64,000 nt of DNA from assembly GCA_965112155.1 (NCBI GenBank), contig OZ218099.1; one strand, 5' to 3'. The notes beneath the pieces are model-generated. The model did not search any database, was not told where the DNA came from, and saw only the letters and a list, made by a program, of their open reading frames with translations. A program made the translations under genes and the position numbers. Below, piece by piece: positions 51,201 through 63,270 of the stretch. The stretch comes from Podarcis liolepis (taxonomy: Eukaryota). How positions within the stretch are numbered: the stretch's first letter is position 1; each line of letters begins with the position of its first letter.

Positions 51201-52697
51201 AAAGCAGACATCCTTCTTTGCAACATCCAAACATCCCCTGATACTCATTTGGGGGGCTGGGAGTTGCAGCATTCCTGCACTTGCGCCTGTTTACTCTGAT
51301 AACCATGGGTGCAATTCCATCTGTGCCGAGTGCATAGCCTTCTGAGCTGTGTAGATACCAGGTTGTCACTGGAAGGTTGTGGCCTCTTTGGGGGAACTAT
51401 GACACGGAGCAGAATCAAATATCACACTTGAAGGGTCATTCTGGATATTTTTCATGCTCGTACCCAAATGGAACCCAAATTTAGCTGCACACAGCTAAAT
51501 GGATATCGGGTGGAGTTTGGGTTCCATTTTAGTACCAGCTGACGGCAGTGCACCCCATTTGCCGATCAGTGGCCTGTGTGACTAATGCAGCTGTTTTTGT
51601 TGTGCATTAAACCATCCCTAATGACAGAGCCTTGCATCTGGACGAAGTGTGGGGGTAGCAATGTTTGGTGACTAGAGAGGCATGTATCCAATGCTTCACT
51701 TGGACTGGCCTCTTCCTCAGCATCATCATATCCTTGCAGACAAAAGAGCCAGACTGAGGAGGGATGACGTGTGCCTCTGACGGACAGAGAAAGAACAAGA
51801 GACAGAGATGGTTGGTGCACTTCTAACTGGGAGCTCATAGAATCATCCTGCTGCCCCAGCGAGAACTTCAAGCGGTGCAGTCAGCAAATGTACACTTTTC
51901 CTGGCACTGACTCATTCCTCTCCCTCCTGGCAGCTGATGAGGGTTTGACTCACCAAAGCGACTCAGTTTCTGAGGCTAGTCGTGGCTTGCTCTTCCTTTC
52001 GCTTTCCCCCTTGCCCGTCCCCCGTCCCCCTGTCAGATTCTGCCCTTGGTCGGTGTCCCACTGCCTCATTCCCAGGCGGATTCCTTGCGCTTTGCTTGCT
52101 CCGCTGAGCAGCCTCTCTCTCAGGCCCAAGAGGGCAAAGGGGGACAAGTGGAGATTAATGGTAAGCTGCTTGCTGCAGCCAGTTAGGGAAATGCTGAGGA
52201 GATTGTTTGACCATCATCGCTCCCAGCTGCCGGCCAAGTCACATGACACCAGGCCTTACCAGAGAGCTGAAGGTGGGATTAGATACGTCAGTGTCAGATC
52301 AGAGATGTGGGGATTGACGAGAGCCAGAAATGAATGCTTCCATCAACGGGGCTCTTCTGCCTCAGCCTTCCTGCCAAGGAGTTTTTTGGCCCTGCCTAAT
52401 GCAGCACACAAACATCCCCGTTCACAAGTCAAGGACACAAACTATGGTGAAATCACAAAGACTTCAAAGTGCAGAGACCCTCAAAAAACAGTGGCAGCTA
52501 AGCCTGGGGCCATTGCACTGCAGTTTGGTTTGCTTTGCTTTAAGCGGTGCAGGAAGCAAAGTTACTGGTGCTGAGACCCTGGAAGTTGAAGCAGTACATT
52601 TTTGTGAATAAAACATGGCTGGCAAAGCTGTTTCCGCTGCTAATCACTTCATAAAGGGAGGCTTTCCATTGGATGAATTGTTCTGTCATTTCTTTCT

Positions 52698-52853
52698 CAT
52701 AAGAACACAGGAAGCTGCTTCTTATCATTGGGTCTATATAACTCAATATTGTTGACAGTGTTTGGCAGCGGCTCTCCAGGGTTTCCCCGACTTGGAATTA
52801 CCAAGGGATTAAACCCATTGCCTTCCGTGTGCTCTGCTTCTGAGCAACAGCCT
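52698..52853 (-). mobile_element. Internally deleted tRNA-derived squamate SINE
   Basis: CATAAGAACACAGGAAGCTGC tail end; GGGATTAAACCC (reverse B-box) near the head. Confidence 0.55.
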
Positions 52854-55800
52854 TTCCTTGTCCATCTTTCACTTGGGTTTTCCTTTCTTTCCTTTTTTAA
52901 AAAAAATCATTTATTAGAATTAATTTCTTTTACTTCCATGGAAACGAACTCCAGGCTGATGGCCCTATTATTCAGTTGCAGTGAAAACCAATAAAAGAGA
53001 GGAGGAAGCAGATGTTGTTTTTGTAAATGCAGGCTCAGCAAGATAAAGATTGCTTCCAAGTAGGGCCCTCCTAGTGGCCACCATTTGCTGCTTTTCCCAT
53101 TTGCTGCTGAATGTTTAAAAAAGAGAGAAAAGAATAGGGGGAGCAACACACTGTTCCCTGCTGGCAAAAGTTTTTGCTTTTACACTATTGCCAGATGAGA
53201 GATTTTGGTTAATATTGTCTTTGAATCTTTTGATGTATTTTAATTTGGTATTGGTTTTTCTTTTCTTTCAGAAATTGTAAGTTGCTTTGAGACTATATAT
53301 ATATATAGCAATAATTAAATAGGCAGCACATTCCTTTTCTTTCTTATAATCTCTTTCATATAACATGCCCTCTCTCCACGCCAGTGGAACATGATGGGAT
53401 CCAGCCAGGCTCCCTCAGGTTGGCCTCCTCTTCTTCCCTGCTTCTTACCCTCTGCCAAGTTCTGCTTCTTTGAAGTGCAGGTCTACATCCACATGCCCAG
53501 GTATATTTTGTTCTTCTTCTTTTTAAGGCAGAACCATAAAATTTTGAAATATTTAGCTACATACCCCCCTCAACATCTAATGCCACTGCTTGTTCAAGAT
53601 GGAGCCTCATTCAGTAGATGAAATTCTGCCTCCAGAGGTTGCTTGCTGTAATCCAGTCTTCCTCAACTTGGTGCCCTTCAGATACTGTTGGGCTACAACT
53701 CCCATCAGCCCCAGCCAGCACAGCCAATAGCCAGGGATGATAGGAGTTGTAGTCCAGCTGGCTGCTCCTGCTTCACAGAGTTGCCCATGTGATCTAGAGG
53801 AGAGGGAGGAGGATGCAAAGAGGTGTGGCTGCTCCTGAATTGCTGAATTGCCCAAACACCTCTGCCCTCCCTGGCTTATCTCACAGATCCCTCCTCTTGC
53901 CTGCAAAAAAGAAGGATCACAGAGGCCTCTCTTTAAGCAAGCACTGCCCAGATTGGTGGCTTCTGCTTCCCAAACGAATGCAGCTTCTCATTCTTCCTTT
54001 CCTGGCAGACCTGCTACCTCGGTGGTGATTCAGTTTCATCTCTAAAAGAAACAGCAGGATGGCTTGGGGTTGGCAGGTGTGGCCTCCATCTGCAATCTTG
54101 GGCATGACTCATCCTGCCGAACTGGCAAAGGGTGACGAACGTGAATGCCCCTTGCCAGGTGGCACATTCGGAGAAGGTGCGCTCCTGATGGGATCACAGC
54201 CACAGCGTGGCAGGAAGAACACTGAAGGGCGCACCGCAAACCTGCTTCCTCATGCAGGCCTCCCCCCGGCCCTGCTTCTCTGCTCTGTTTGTGTGTGGTG
54301 TGCTTCTGCAGCCTCAGCATGTCGGAGCATCCGTGTGTCAAGGAACAAAGAGGGGAGAAAGAACACGAAAGAGCAGGGCAGGCCCAGCAGAGTGAAAGAG
54401 AGAGATTTGCAGAGCCAGAGGCAACCTTCTCTCCTAGATAGAAGAGATGGCTGAGAAGCTAGAGAGGGTTTCCGTCTGAGCCACAGAGAGGGCAGCACAA
54501 TGAAAGCATATTGATTGGGGATAATGAGAAGATTGAGGAAGCAGATCATAAGCTAACAGGATATTAAAAGAAACCAGGGTGAAAGCCTATTCAAAACCCC
54601 CACGCCTTTTCTTGAAAGAGCATGAACGCATCATATATAGCCTGAGGGTGTAGCTGGGATCAGCAAAAATGGACAAAGGGTAAATATATGGATTTAAAGC
54701 CTCGAGTGGCTATTTTAGCAGGGGGGCAAGAAAGGACACAAACTTGTATCATTATATAATAGATGCGATGCTTTGCTTCCCATGGTCGGGTCCCAAATTT
54801 GGGCTTAGAATTGAAACATTTCCTCCCATTGTTTCCAATCTGTGGTGGAACTGTTAAGCATCACAGTATTTAGAGGCTGGACATATATGGCAAACTCGGA
54901 GATCACACAAATTTCTCGGATGCATACATGCAAAACCAAAGAAACAGACAAGTGTTTTCCGTTTGTAAGGAAACTTTGACAAATGAAGACAATGTTCTCC
55001 AAACTTTCTGCCCTGCACAGCAGCCCCCAATGGAAAGAACTTGTTCACACACTTGTATGTGTGAACTGCTCTCCCAAACTGAGGGTATTTGTCTGCAACT
55101 AACAAACCTAACAGGGTACATAAGCCCCATTTCCCAGGGCTAAAGCCAAATTCTAGCTCTTGAGGATTAGGGGATGAGCTATGTGTGGGTGGCAGATTAT
55201 AATATGGCATTTCCCGTGCGGCTGCTGCCTCCATACCAGCTGATGCAAACATGTTATCAGATGCATCCACAAGGGGAGAGACTTTTTCAACCCTGTTTAT
55301 TCCCTTGTGGGAAGATCTTTTCTGGGTCTCCAGTGCTCACTGGAATGCTGGTCACTTTTACCTGTTCCAGGAAACAAATATATATGATGCTGTTGCAAAA
55401 CGCTGCCCACTTTGCTGAGGGCCCAAATTTCACAACTGTGCAGAAACTCTTGTTTGGCGACCCTCGTGCAAGTGGCTCTCTCCAGCTTTGGTCCTGCCAC
55501 CAACAGGGTTTCCAGTATCTGGGAAAGCTTCCTTGCAAAGAAGTACAGCCAGTGCTTTTAAAAAAAAATATTTAGGGCTACTCATATTGTTTCAGGAAGT
55601 GTGCTTTTCTCCCCTAACCTTACCCTCTGTCCTAAAGGAGATCCATATTGTATGCTATTTCCCACCTCCCACTGAGCTCCGCTTGCAGTTATTAATATTT
55701 TTGAGTACCCTGAGACTGTGCAGGAAGGGTTCCACCAACACCACGGTCCCTAAAATTTGAACCGGATCCCAGAATGCAAGCGATAGTAGAAATTCCCCAC

Positions 55801-56468
55801 CTCCCACTGGGCTAGGCTTGTGGTATTTTCCAGGGCCATGAGACTGTGTAAGCACAGGAGGAGTGCCACCATTTTCTGCAGTCCATCAGATTCGATTGCA
55901 CTGCCTGAGAAACCAAATATCCGTCCTCCAAGGAAACACAAACACCTGGCACCATAAGTGGAGCTCGGTTTGAGGTGTGTGAAGGGAAGCGTTGCTGGGC
56001 GTTTCTAGTTGAAACATACCATCTGCCGACATGAAAGGGCATTATTAACCCTCCCTGTGCAGCCCTTCCTCGCCTGGCTGCTGATCCTTTCAAAGGAGAT
56101 GATTAAACCCCCATTCCAGTTATTAGCTAGCTATTAACAGCTACCTGACTGCAACACAGCAATAATGGCCCTGGAAGGATTCCAGGCCAGCAAGGAGCCT
56201 TATTATTTCTTTGGTGTCTCAGCATCAGCAGGAGTGCTGGGCAGAAATAAGCTCTGGGGGCTAGGAGGGAAGGCTGTGCTGATTGACTGGGTGGGGAGGG
56301 GCAGTAAACAGGCAATGTCTTCCTCTGCCCCACAAATCAAACTTCAGCCTGGCCAGCGCTAGCGAAGAAGGGTTGCGGCCATATCTGCCCCTTGAAAAGC
56401 TTTGAAGCAGAGAGAGAGAGAGAGAGAGTACAGCAGCCACCCCCTCCCTACCCACCCATCAACATTGT

Positions 56469-57011
56469 AATTTATTACTTATACCCCGCCCATCTGACTG
56501 GGTTGCTGCAGCCACTCTGGGCAGCTTCCAACATATTAAAAACACAGCAAAACATCAAAGGTTAAAAACTTCCTGATACAGGGCTGCACGCTGCCTTCAG
56601 ATGTCTTCTAAAAGCCATGTTGTTGTTTATCTCTTTGACATCTGGTGGGATGGCGTTCCACAGGGCGGGCACTACTACCGAGAAGGCCCTCTGCCTGGTT
56701 CCCTGTAACCTCACTTCTCGCAGTGAGGGAACCGCCAGAAGGCCCTCGAAGCTGGACCTCAGTGTCCGGGTAGAACGATGGGGGGTGGAGACGCTCCTTC
56801 AGGTATATTGGGCTGAAGCCGTTTAGGGCTTCAAAGGTCAGCACCAACACTTTGAATTGTGCTTGGAAATGTACTGGGAGCCAATGTAGGTCTTTTAGGA
56901 CCAGTATTATATGGTCCTGGCAGCCACTCCCCATCACCAATCTAGCTGCTGCATTCTGGATTAGTTGTAGTTTCCGAGTCACCTTCAAAGGTAGCCCCAT
57001 GTAGAGAGCAC
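56469..57011 (-). mobile_element. L2 LINE 3' fragment (same subfamily as 46631-47832)
   Basis: ALYMGLPLKVTRKLQLIQNAAARLV...LKDLHWLPVHFQAQFKVLVLTF; one frameshift in a G run; same 3' UTR (TATACCCCGCCCATCT on +). Confidence 0.93.
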
Positions 57012-57793
57012 TTTCCCACTTGCCCACCTACCTTTGACTACCTTCTGACCAGGAAACCCAAGCTGGCATGACTTGCAGGATTTCTTTATTTGGACTGACT
57101 ATTGCATTTTGCTTTCCTCTTAGCAGAATATTTGTGTGGGGGCGGGCTGTGTTTAATGAAGCAGGAAGCAAAAGAGTTAGTGGGATATCCATTATTGGGT
57201 TTAAATTGTAACCTGCCCTGGAACCTTAGAGTGATGGGGCACACATATATAATAATAATTCCCAGAAGCCTGTTCCATGGCTTCTGCTCCATCTTGCTTG
57301 AAGTCAACCCCCCCTCCCATTTCTGTGAAGATGCACAGAGACCCACCCACTGGAACCTGGATGAAACAGGTGCAACTCTACAATCTGTATAGGAGGGAGA
57401 AGGGGAAGCAGCTTGGAGTGAGGCCTTGTTGAGCCTGATCTTGTTTTAGAGAGATCCTGCCCTGGTGAATATATGCAGATCCTGGAAATTCCTGTGGGCC
57501 TGACTCACCCTTTCCCACAGGTGCCTCTCCTTCTCCCGCCCTCCCACACACTGGCTTAGTTTCTGCTCTACTTGCCCCACCCTCAGGGACTGTCACTTTG
57601 GAGACAGTCACACTCAGCGGGGCAGGGAGTGGGTAGGAATGCCCTGACGGGCTTCCAGGGCAGGGTGCATTGTGGGATTGGTGCTGCTCACACATGCCAC
57701 TTTTTTTGCAGGGTCCACATGACATTTGTCGGCCAGTCATTTCCCCCCCCCCCAATTTAATCCAAATTCACCCTTTGCACTAAAAATCCAATA

Positions 57794-58034
57794 CAGTGGT
57801 ACCTTGGTTCTTGAATGTAATCCATTCCGGAAGTCTATTTGACTTCCAAAAAGTTCAAAAACCAAGGCCCGGCTTTCAGTTGGCGCAGGCACCCCAGAAA
57901 CAATAGCTGACAGCTGCATCGGACATTCGGCTTCCGAAAAACATTCGAAAACCGGAACACTTACTTCCGGGGTTTTGGTGTTCGGGAGCCGAAATGTTTG
58001 AGTACCAAGGCATTTGAGAACCAAGGTACCACTG
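57794..58034. mobile_element. Tc1/mariner MITE
   Basis: TA|CAGTGGTACCTTGGTTCT...AGAACCAAGGTACCACTG|TA. Confidence 0.9.
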
Positions 58035-58407
58035 TAAATATATTTAAACAATTCTACCAGTGACCTGTTTGTGATATTAAGCCTCTGTCTGGGAGAATCC
58101 AAAGGGAACATTGGTGAAGTGTGACTAGAGGGTCAAGCAGGCTTTATAAGGTGAGGCATACTTTATGGACAGTGCTAGGGCAAAAACAGGCAGCCACATG
58201 CATGGAGTGAAAAGCTGCAGTCTCCTTCTAGCTCGCCAAGCTAGTCAGTCAAGTTGATCTGGCTGCTTACAGAATTATGAATGGGGATGCTTACCACCCG
58301 ACTCCTCTAAGAGGACAACGGCTATCAGGTGACACATGAAGGCGTGTGCAGTATTTTAATAAAGTGGCAGGTTGCCTCTTTGAATTCAAAGCCCATCAAA
58401 CCATTAG

Positions 58408-58578
58408 ACCATAGTGGTTAGGGTGCTGGACTAGGACCTGGGAGATCAGAGTTCAAATCCCCACTCAGCCATGAAGTTCACTGGGTGACTTTGAGGTAGC
58501 CTACCTCACAGGATAAAATGGGGAAGGGAATAAGTTTGTATACTAACTTGAGCTCCTTGGAGGAATGGTGGAGAATTA
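58408..58578 (+). mobile_element. tRNA-derived (MIR/CORE-like) SINE
   Basis: A-box-like TAGTGGTTAGGGTGCTGG, B-box GTTCAAATCCC, CORE-like CTGGGTGACTTTG...CCTACCTCACAGG. Confidence 0.7.
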
Positions 58579-58579
58579 G

Positions 58580-58629
58580 AGATAGACAGATAGATGATAG
58601 ATTAGATAGATAGATAGATAGATAGATAG
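58580..58629. repeat. (GATA)n microsatellite, imperfect
   Basis: direct reading. Confidence 0.9.
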
Positions 58630-60528
58630 AACGGAACACAGTTGTGCTTGTTCCCAAAACTAATTCCCAAGACAGTTCTTCTTTCAAAACGTTGGTGTGA
58701 AGCTCTCCACAATGATGCATCTGGATAGATTGCATTGTACAGTCATACTTACAGAACTGTATGTTTTACAAATACCCTTATCTTTCAGAACTTGTCACAG
58801 TATGGCTTGAGAACAAGTTTCAGCAAAGTGTTTTGAAGGCAATGAAATATTTCTCTCTCCTTCCCACCATACACCTTTCCTCGTGCTCTAGGGTGAGGGT
58901 AGTCAACTTGATGTTGTTGGATTCCATCAGACCCAGACAGCATGACCAATGGACAGGGATAATAGAAGCTGTGGTCCAACAATGTCTGGAGGGCACCATG
59001 TTGAGTTCCCTTTGTTCTAGGGCAGTAGTAGGAAACATACGGCTGTCCAGACATTGCTGGCCTACACTCCCATTGTCCTTGACCATTGACCATATTGTCG
59101 GGGTTTAATGGAGTCAAGCAAGATCCTACATGCCACCGGTTCACCATCAGTGCTCCCAAGCAAATAGCTATGCAGCTATGGAGAGTTCTCTGGGCAATAT
59201 TCATCAGTCACTAGAAATGCTGAGCCCTTTTCTTGACTTTAGAACATAATAAAAACCCTGCTTGATCCTGGTTCTTCTCTCCAATAAGAGGAATGTTTGA
59301 ACAGAGAAAGATGATATGAGCTTCATTTCATCAAAACTGAGGTGACAGGAAATGGTGTAAGGCTGTTGTAGTCACAGATAGGAATGTAGGCCTGTTTCAA
59401 TGGCTCTTCAGTGGATCGTCGGGAAAAGGCCATATGACTATGGTATGAAGCAATATCACAAGTGGCCTGAAGATTGGTACAGGAAATATAAGTAGTCAAA
59501 ACATGGCCACAGGCAACCTGTACTTTGCTGTACCTTAGCCTTTTGAGCCAGTTCCTCTTTGTACACAGTTCTGGGATGAATCTCACGGGGGACTGCTAAG
59601 GGGCAAAGGACTCTTATCACAGCTCTGTGTCACTGATGACTGAGAGGAGATTATCGTGCTCATTGTGAGGCCTACAGATTGATGGGAGATTTCTGGAGAA
59701 GCCACAGGTCCCTCCCAATAACAACCAATCCAGATAGAAACATTCAAGCTCTAATGGGGCACTGGAGGGAGATGAGTGTTTCCTCAACCCCACAGTTTCT
59801 TTTGGACTTCGTGCTGGGAACGTTGTGTCTGCACAATGTCATCCCCAATCAAAATGCTATCCCATCTCATTTCCCACCCCACTTAATCCAGATTTACCAT
59901 TTTCATGGGAAACCTGCTAAATAGAAGGCCAAAATGCAACATGGGAAACAGCAAATCCAGATTAAATGGAGGGGGAATGTGGGAAGGCACTTTGGTGAGA
60001 TGGGCACTGTGCGGACGTTGCACAAAACAGGCGGACGTCAGCAGCAGAAAACCTGCAAGGAAACTGCTGTGTGGGTGTGCCCGAGGCCAACACAAAATGC
60101 TTGGGATCCAGTTGGAATCTGAAACAAATCGAGGAGCTTGGCAGTCTGTTTGAAATGAAGTGGGAGGGAGGCAGAATGAAGCAGAGATGGTTGGAACTGA
60201 AGGACTTAGGAAATGAAGCTTTGTTTGCATTTTGGAAGCTGCTCTTTTCCGCCCTGCCTTGCTGATGCTTAATTTTCAGCCAGCCCTGAAGCATTTTTCT
60301 TTAACATTTCTTGAAGCATTTTCTGTAACAAAAGGATGTGTGTGTATTTAGGGTGGTGTGGCTGAGAACAAACCAGCACTATAATTCATGGGCCTACCTG
60401 TCACTGGAATAATGCTTGACCTCGCCCCAGCGGTCCTGAAGTCTAGCTCTGATCATCAGTCCTATTTCTTTCGTGTCCTGTCCTCAAATAATTTGAGAGG
60501 AGCTTTTATATTGCCTGAGATTAAACAG

Positions 60529-60530
<2 letters not shown>

Positions 60531-60564
<34 letters not shown>

Positions 60565-60574
60565 GCGCGCGCGC
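60531..60574. repeat. (GT)n running into (GC)n alternating purine-pyrimidine tract
   Basis: direct reading. Confidence 0.9.
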
Positions 60575-63139
60575 ATAAGATGCAGGCTGGCATTTTGTTG
60601 ATGATGATGTCACATATGGACACTGCCAAGCCCCTGCATGTGCATGGAGCAGTTATCATCCAATAAACCCACAGCTGGAAGCACCCGTAGATTGACAGAA
60701 AAAATATTTCATTGAGAAAAGGACTAACAGGTGCTCCCTTAAGCACCAGTGGGAAGAGTGGAGGAGCTCTACCACGCATAGCTGTCAACTTACAGATTTG
60801 AAAATAAGGGACCAGCAGCCAAAATAAGGGATTTTAGTCAACCAGTTAAAAGGGACCAGATAATTTTGGAAAGCAGCGCCGGTTTTTAGCCCTTCGTTTC
60901 CAGAGGATGCTGCTCAAGACACCAGCCGATGAAACAGTGCAATTAAATAACTACAAGCAGCAACCACTTTTCGCACAAAATGAAGTCCAAGCTACGAAGA
61001 TGCTGCTGCAGTTCTGTATCTTTTTTCTCGTGCTCCATCTGCAGCTCTCAATTCCATCAGGTGGGGCGGGAGGAAGGGGGGAGGAAATAGCACCCGAAAT
61101 AAACCCGCAGATCAGACCATCTATGCTAGTCTACCACTACAAATCTATGGGAGAAGTGCTTGCGGTCCTTCCCTTGTAGCCCTTGGAACATCTGCCCGCG
61201 CCTCTGCCTCCTCCTCCTCTTCCTCCTCTCTCTGAACTGCTTTCTCTATGGTTGCCCTCGCTCTCCTCTCAAGGCTCCTCATCAATTCATAGACCATGCC
61301 AGGCTGCCCATCTCATTCGGGACCTTTGGCGGCACAGCCGCAGTACGGCCTAGCGGGAGCGGGAGTGGCGGTGATGGGCAGAGGGGAGGCCCAAGGCAGA
61401 GATGCTCAGTTCGGCGGCTGCGAGGAGGATGGTGGCGGAAGGGCCCAAGGCTCCCACCAGGCCCGGTGGGGAGGGGTTCCCAGGGGCCGAGGCTGCCTCC
61501 AGCCTTCATCTATTGGAGGAGAAAGTCTGTAGTGGGGAGCTTCGCTGTGCATTTCAGGATTTCTAAACCATGTGGTGGTGGGGGCGGGGCACAAGCAGAC
61601 AGCACACTCTCTGCTGCAGACCTTCACTCCTCACCATGTGGAAGGAGGCAGAACCAGGTGACCAGGGGTGGGGCTAGATACAATAGTAATCAGGCCCCTG
61701 CTTTCTGCTGATGGCATGGGCCCTTTAATGCCTGAATTAACTGTCAGGTAAATGACCATCAGAGAAAATGAATCAATTGCAGGGGTTTTGTATACAAGAT
61801 TCCCGCCCCCCTTGTTGAAGGAAGTCTGAGATAATTCATGTGCATGCAGTATACAGGCCACAGCATTCGGCAGCTCATGAAATAATTGACATCAACCCAA
61901 AGTATACCATGAACATCCAGCTGGCAACTAGTTTGGGTGAAAACAGCTATATTTATTAATATAGCATATTTATAAACATGGCACTTTACAAATAACAGGT
62001 ATGACAGGAGCCTGCAAAATTGAAATAAATACCATGCTAATTTTACAGGAAAAGAGTTGCCAGAACCCACCATAAACGCCTCCTTTGTTCTCTTGTCATG
62101 GCAATGGCACCTACTTGAGAGGTGCCAGAACTGAGTAATGGCACGTTCTGGCTGAAAAGAACTCCGAATACATATATAATAAATACAATAAATAAATAAA
62201 TAAATATGCACCTAGCATTTTTGGCACCACAAGATTCTTTTGATAATTTTGATGCCACAGACTAACTTGGCTCCACCTCTGCCTTCTGGCCGAACACTGA
62301 AATGGCAAATGAGGCTATAAAGCCTGCCTCTTGCTCTATTTATGAACACTCTGATATTATACATACAAAGCTTCTGTATTTTGCTTAATCTAAATCCCTG
62401 CGGAGCTTGGCAGCGGAGGAATATATAAGTCCATGGAAACAGTTGGTATTAAATCTCATCTCTGGTATAATCTGTGGCTCTGGGGGCTTTGGTGATGTGC
62501 CCAGATGTTGCTTTGGGTTGACAGGGTTCATATCCTAGCCTAGCCCCATTCAACCAGCCCTGGGAGTCATGTTCAGGGAACACGCCTGGAGCATTCTGGT
62601 TCCTAAAGGAGGGGAAAGAATTGTCTGTTCTTTTCTGCACAGTGGAGGATTTGCAGCTCCAATGAACTGGGGCTACACTGGGTCTAAAGAGAGACTATGC
62701 ATTCATGAGCTGGGGAAATGCTGGAAACTAACTGGAGGGTTGGGAGGCAGGCAGGAGGACATGGGGTGGGGCCAACCAGAACTCGCTCTCCCAGGCTTGC
62801 CTAGCTTTGTTCTTTTCACCTGCGGTGTGTTGCATTCATTCGCCAGCCCTGCAGACACCTCACCTGGGTGTGTCCCACTTGCGCTGTACAAAGTTGAGTC
62901 AGCAGCTGCCACTGGAACGCTGATATCCATTAACCCCCAGGATGCTGGCTTTTTGTTAGGGTTCTAGTCAAACACAGGGCCATGGCTTTGCAACTGCTCC
63001 AAAAACAACTCTCTGTTGTGGATGGAGGGAGAGTGGGTGGGAATAGCCCTGGTCAGCCTCAGAAGGCTTCTAAGTAACGCACAAGAGTGGCAGACCTGTG
63101 CCTTCAAACGTGAGCCTGATCTAGTCACATGGGAACCCA

Positions 63140-63270
63140 GGACATGAGAAGCTGCCTTATACTGAGTCAGATTACTGGTCTACCGAGCTCAGAATTGGTT
63201 AGACGTTAGAGATTGAACTTGGGACCTTTTGGATGCCAAGCAGGGACTTTGCCGAACTGATCTATGGCCT
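63140..63270 (-). mobile_element. Degenerate tRNA-derived squamate SINE (another fragment at ~63780-63880)
   Basis: GAAGCTGCCTTATACTGAGTCAGA...GATTGAACTTGGGACCTT (reverse B-box). Confidence 0.6.

Noticed and set aside
51771-52574. 267-aa ORF
   Set aside because: GTG start, no recognisable domain and no exon structure; better explained as GC-richer regulatory DNA.
54793-54802. Isolated CArG box CCAAATTTGG
   Set aside because: A single match is expected by chance in 64 kb; no supporting cluster seen.
58408-58475. tRNA gene (A and B boxes present)
   Set aside because: No cloverleaf or acceptor stem; it continues into a SINE core.
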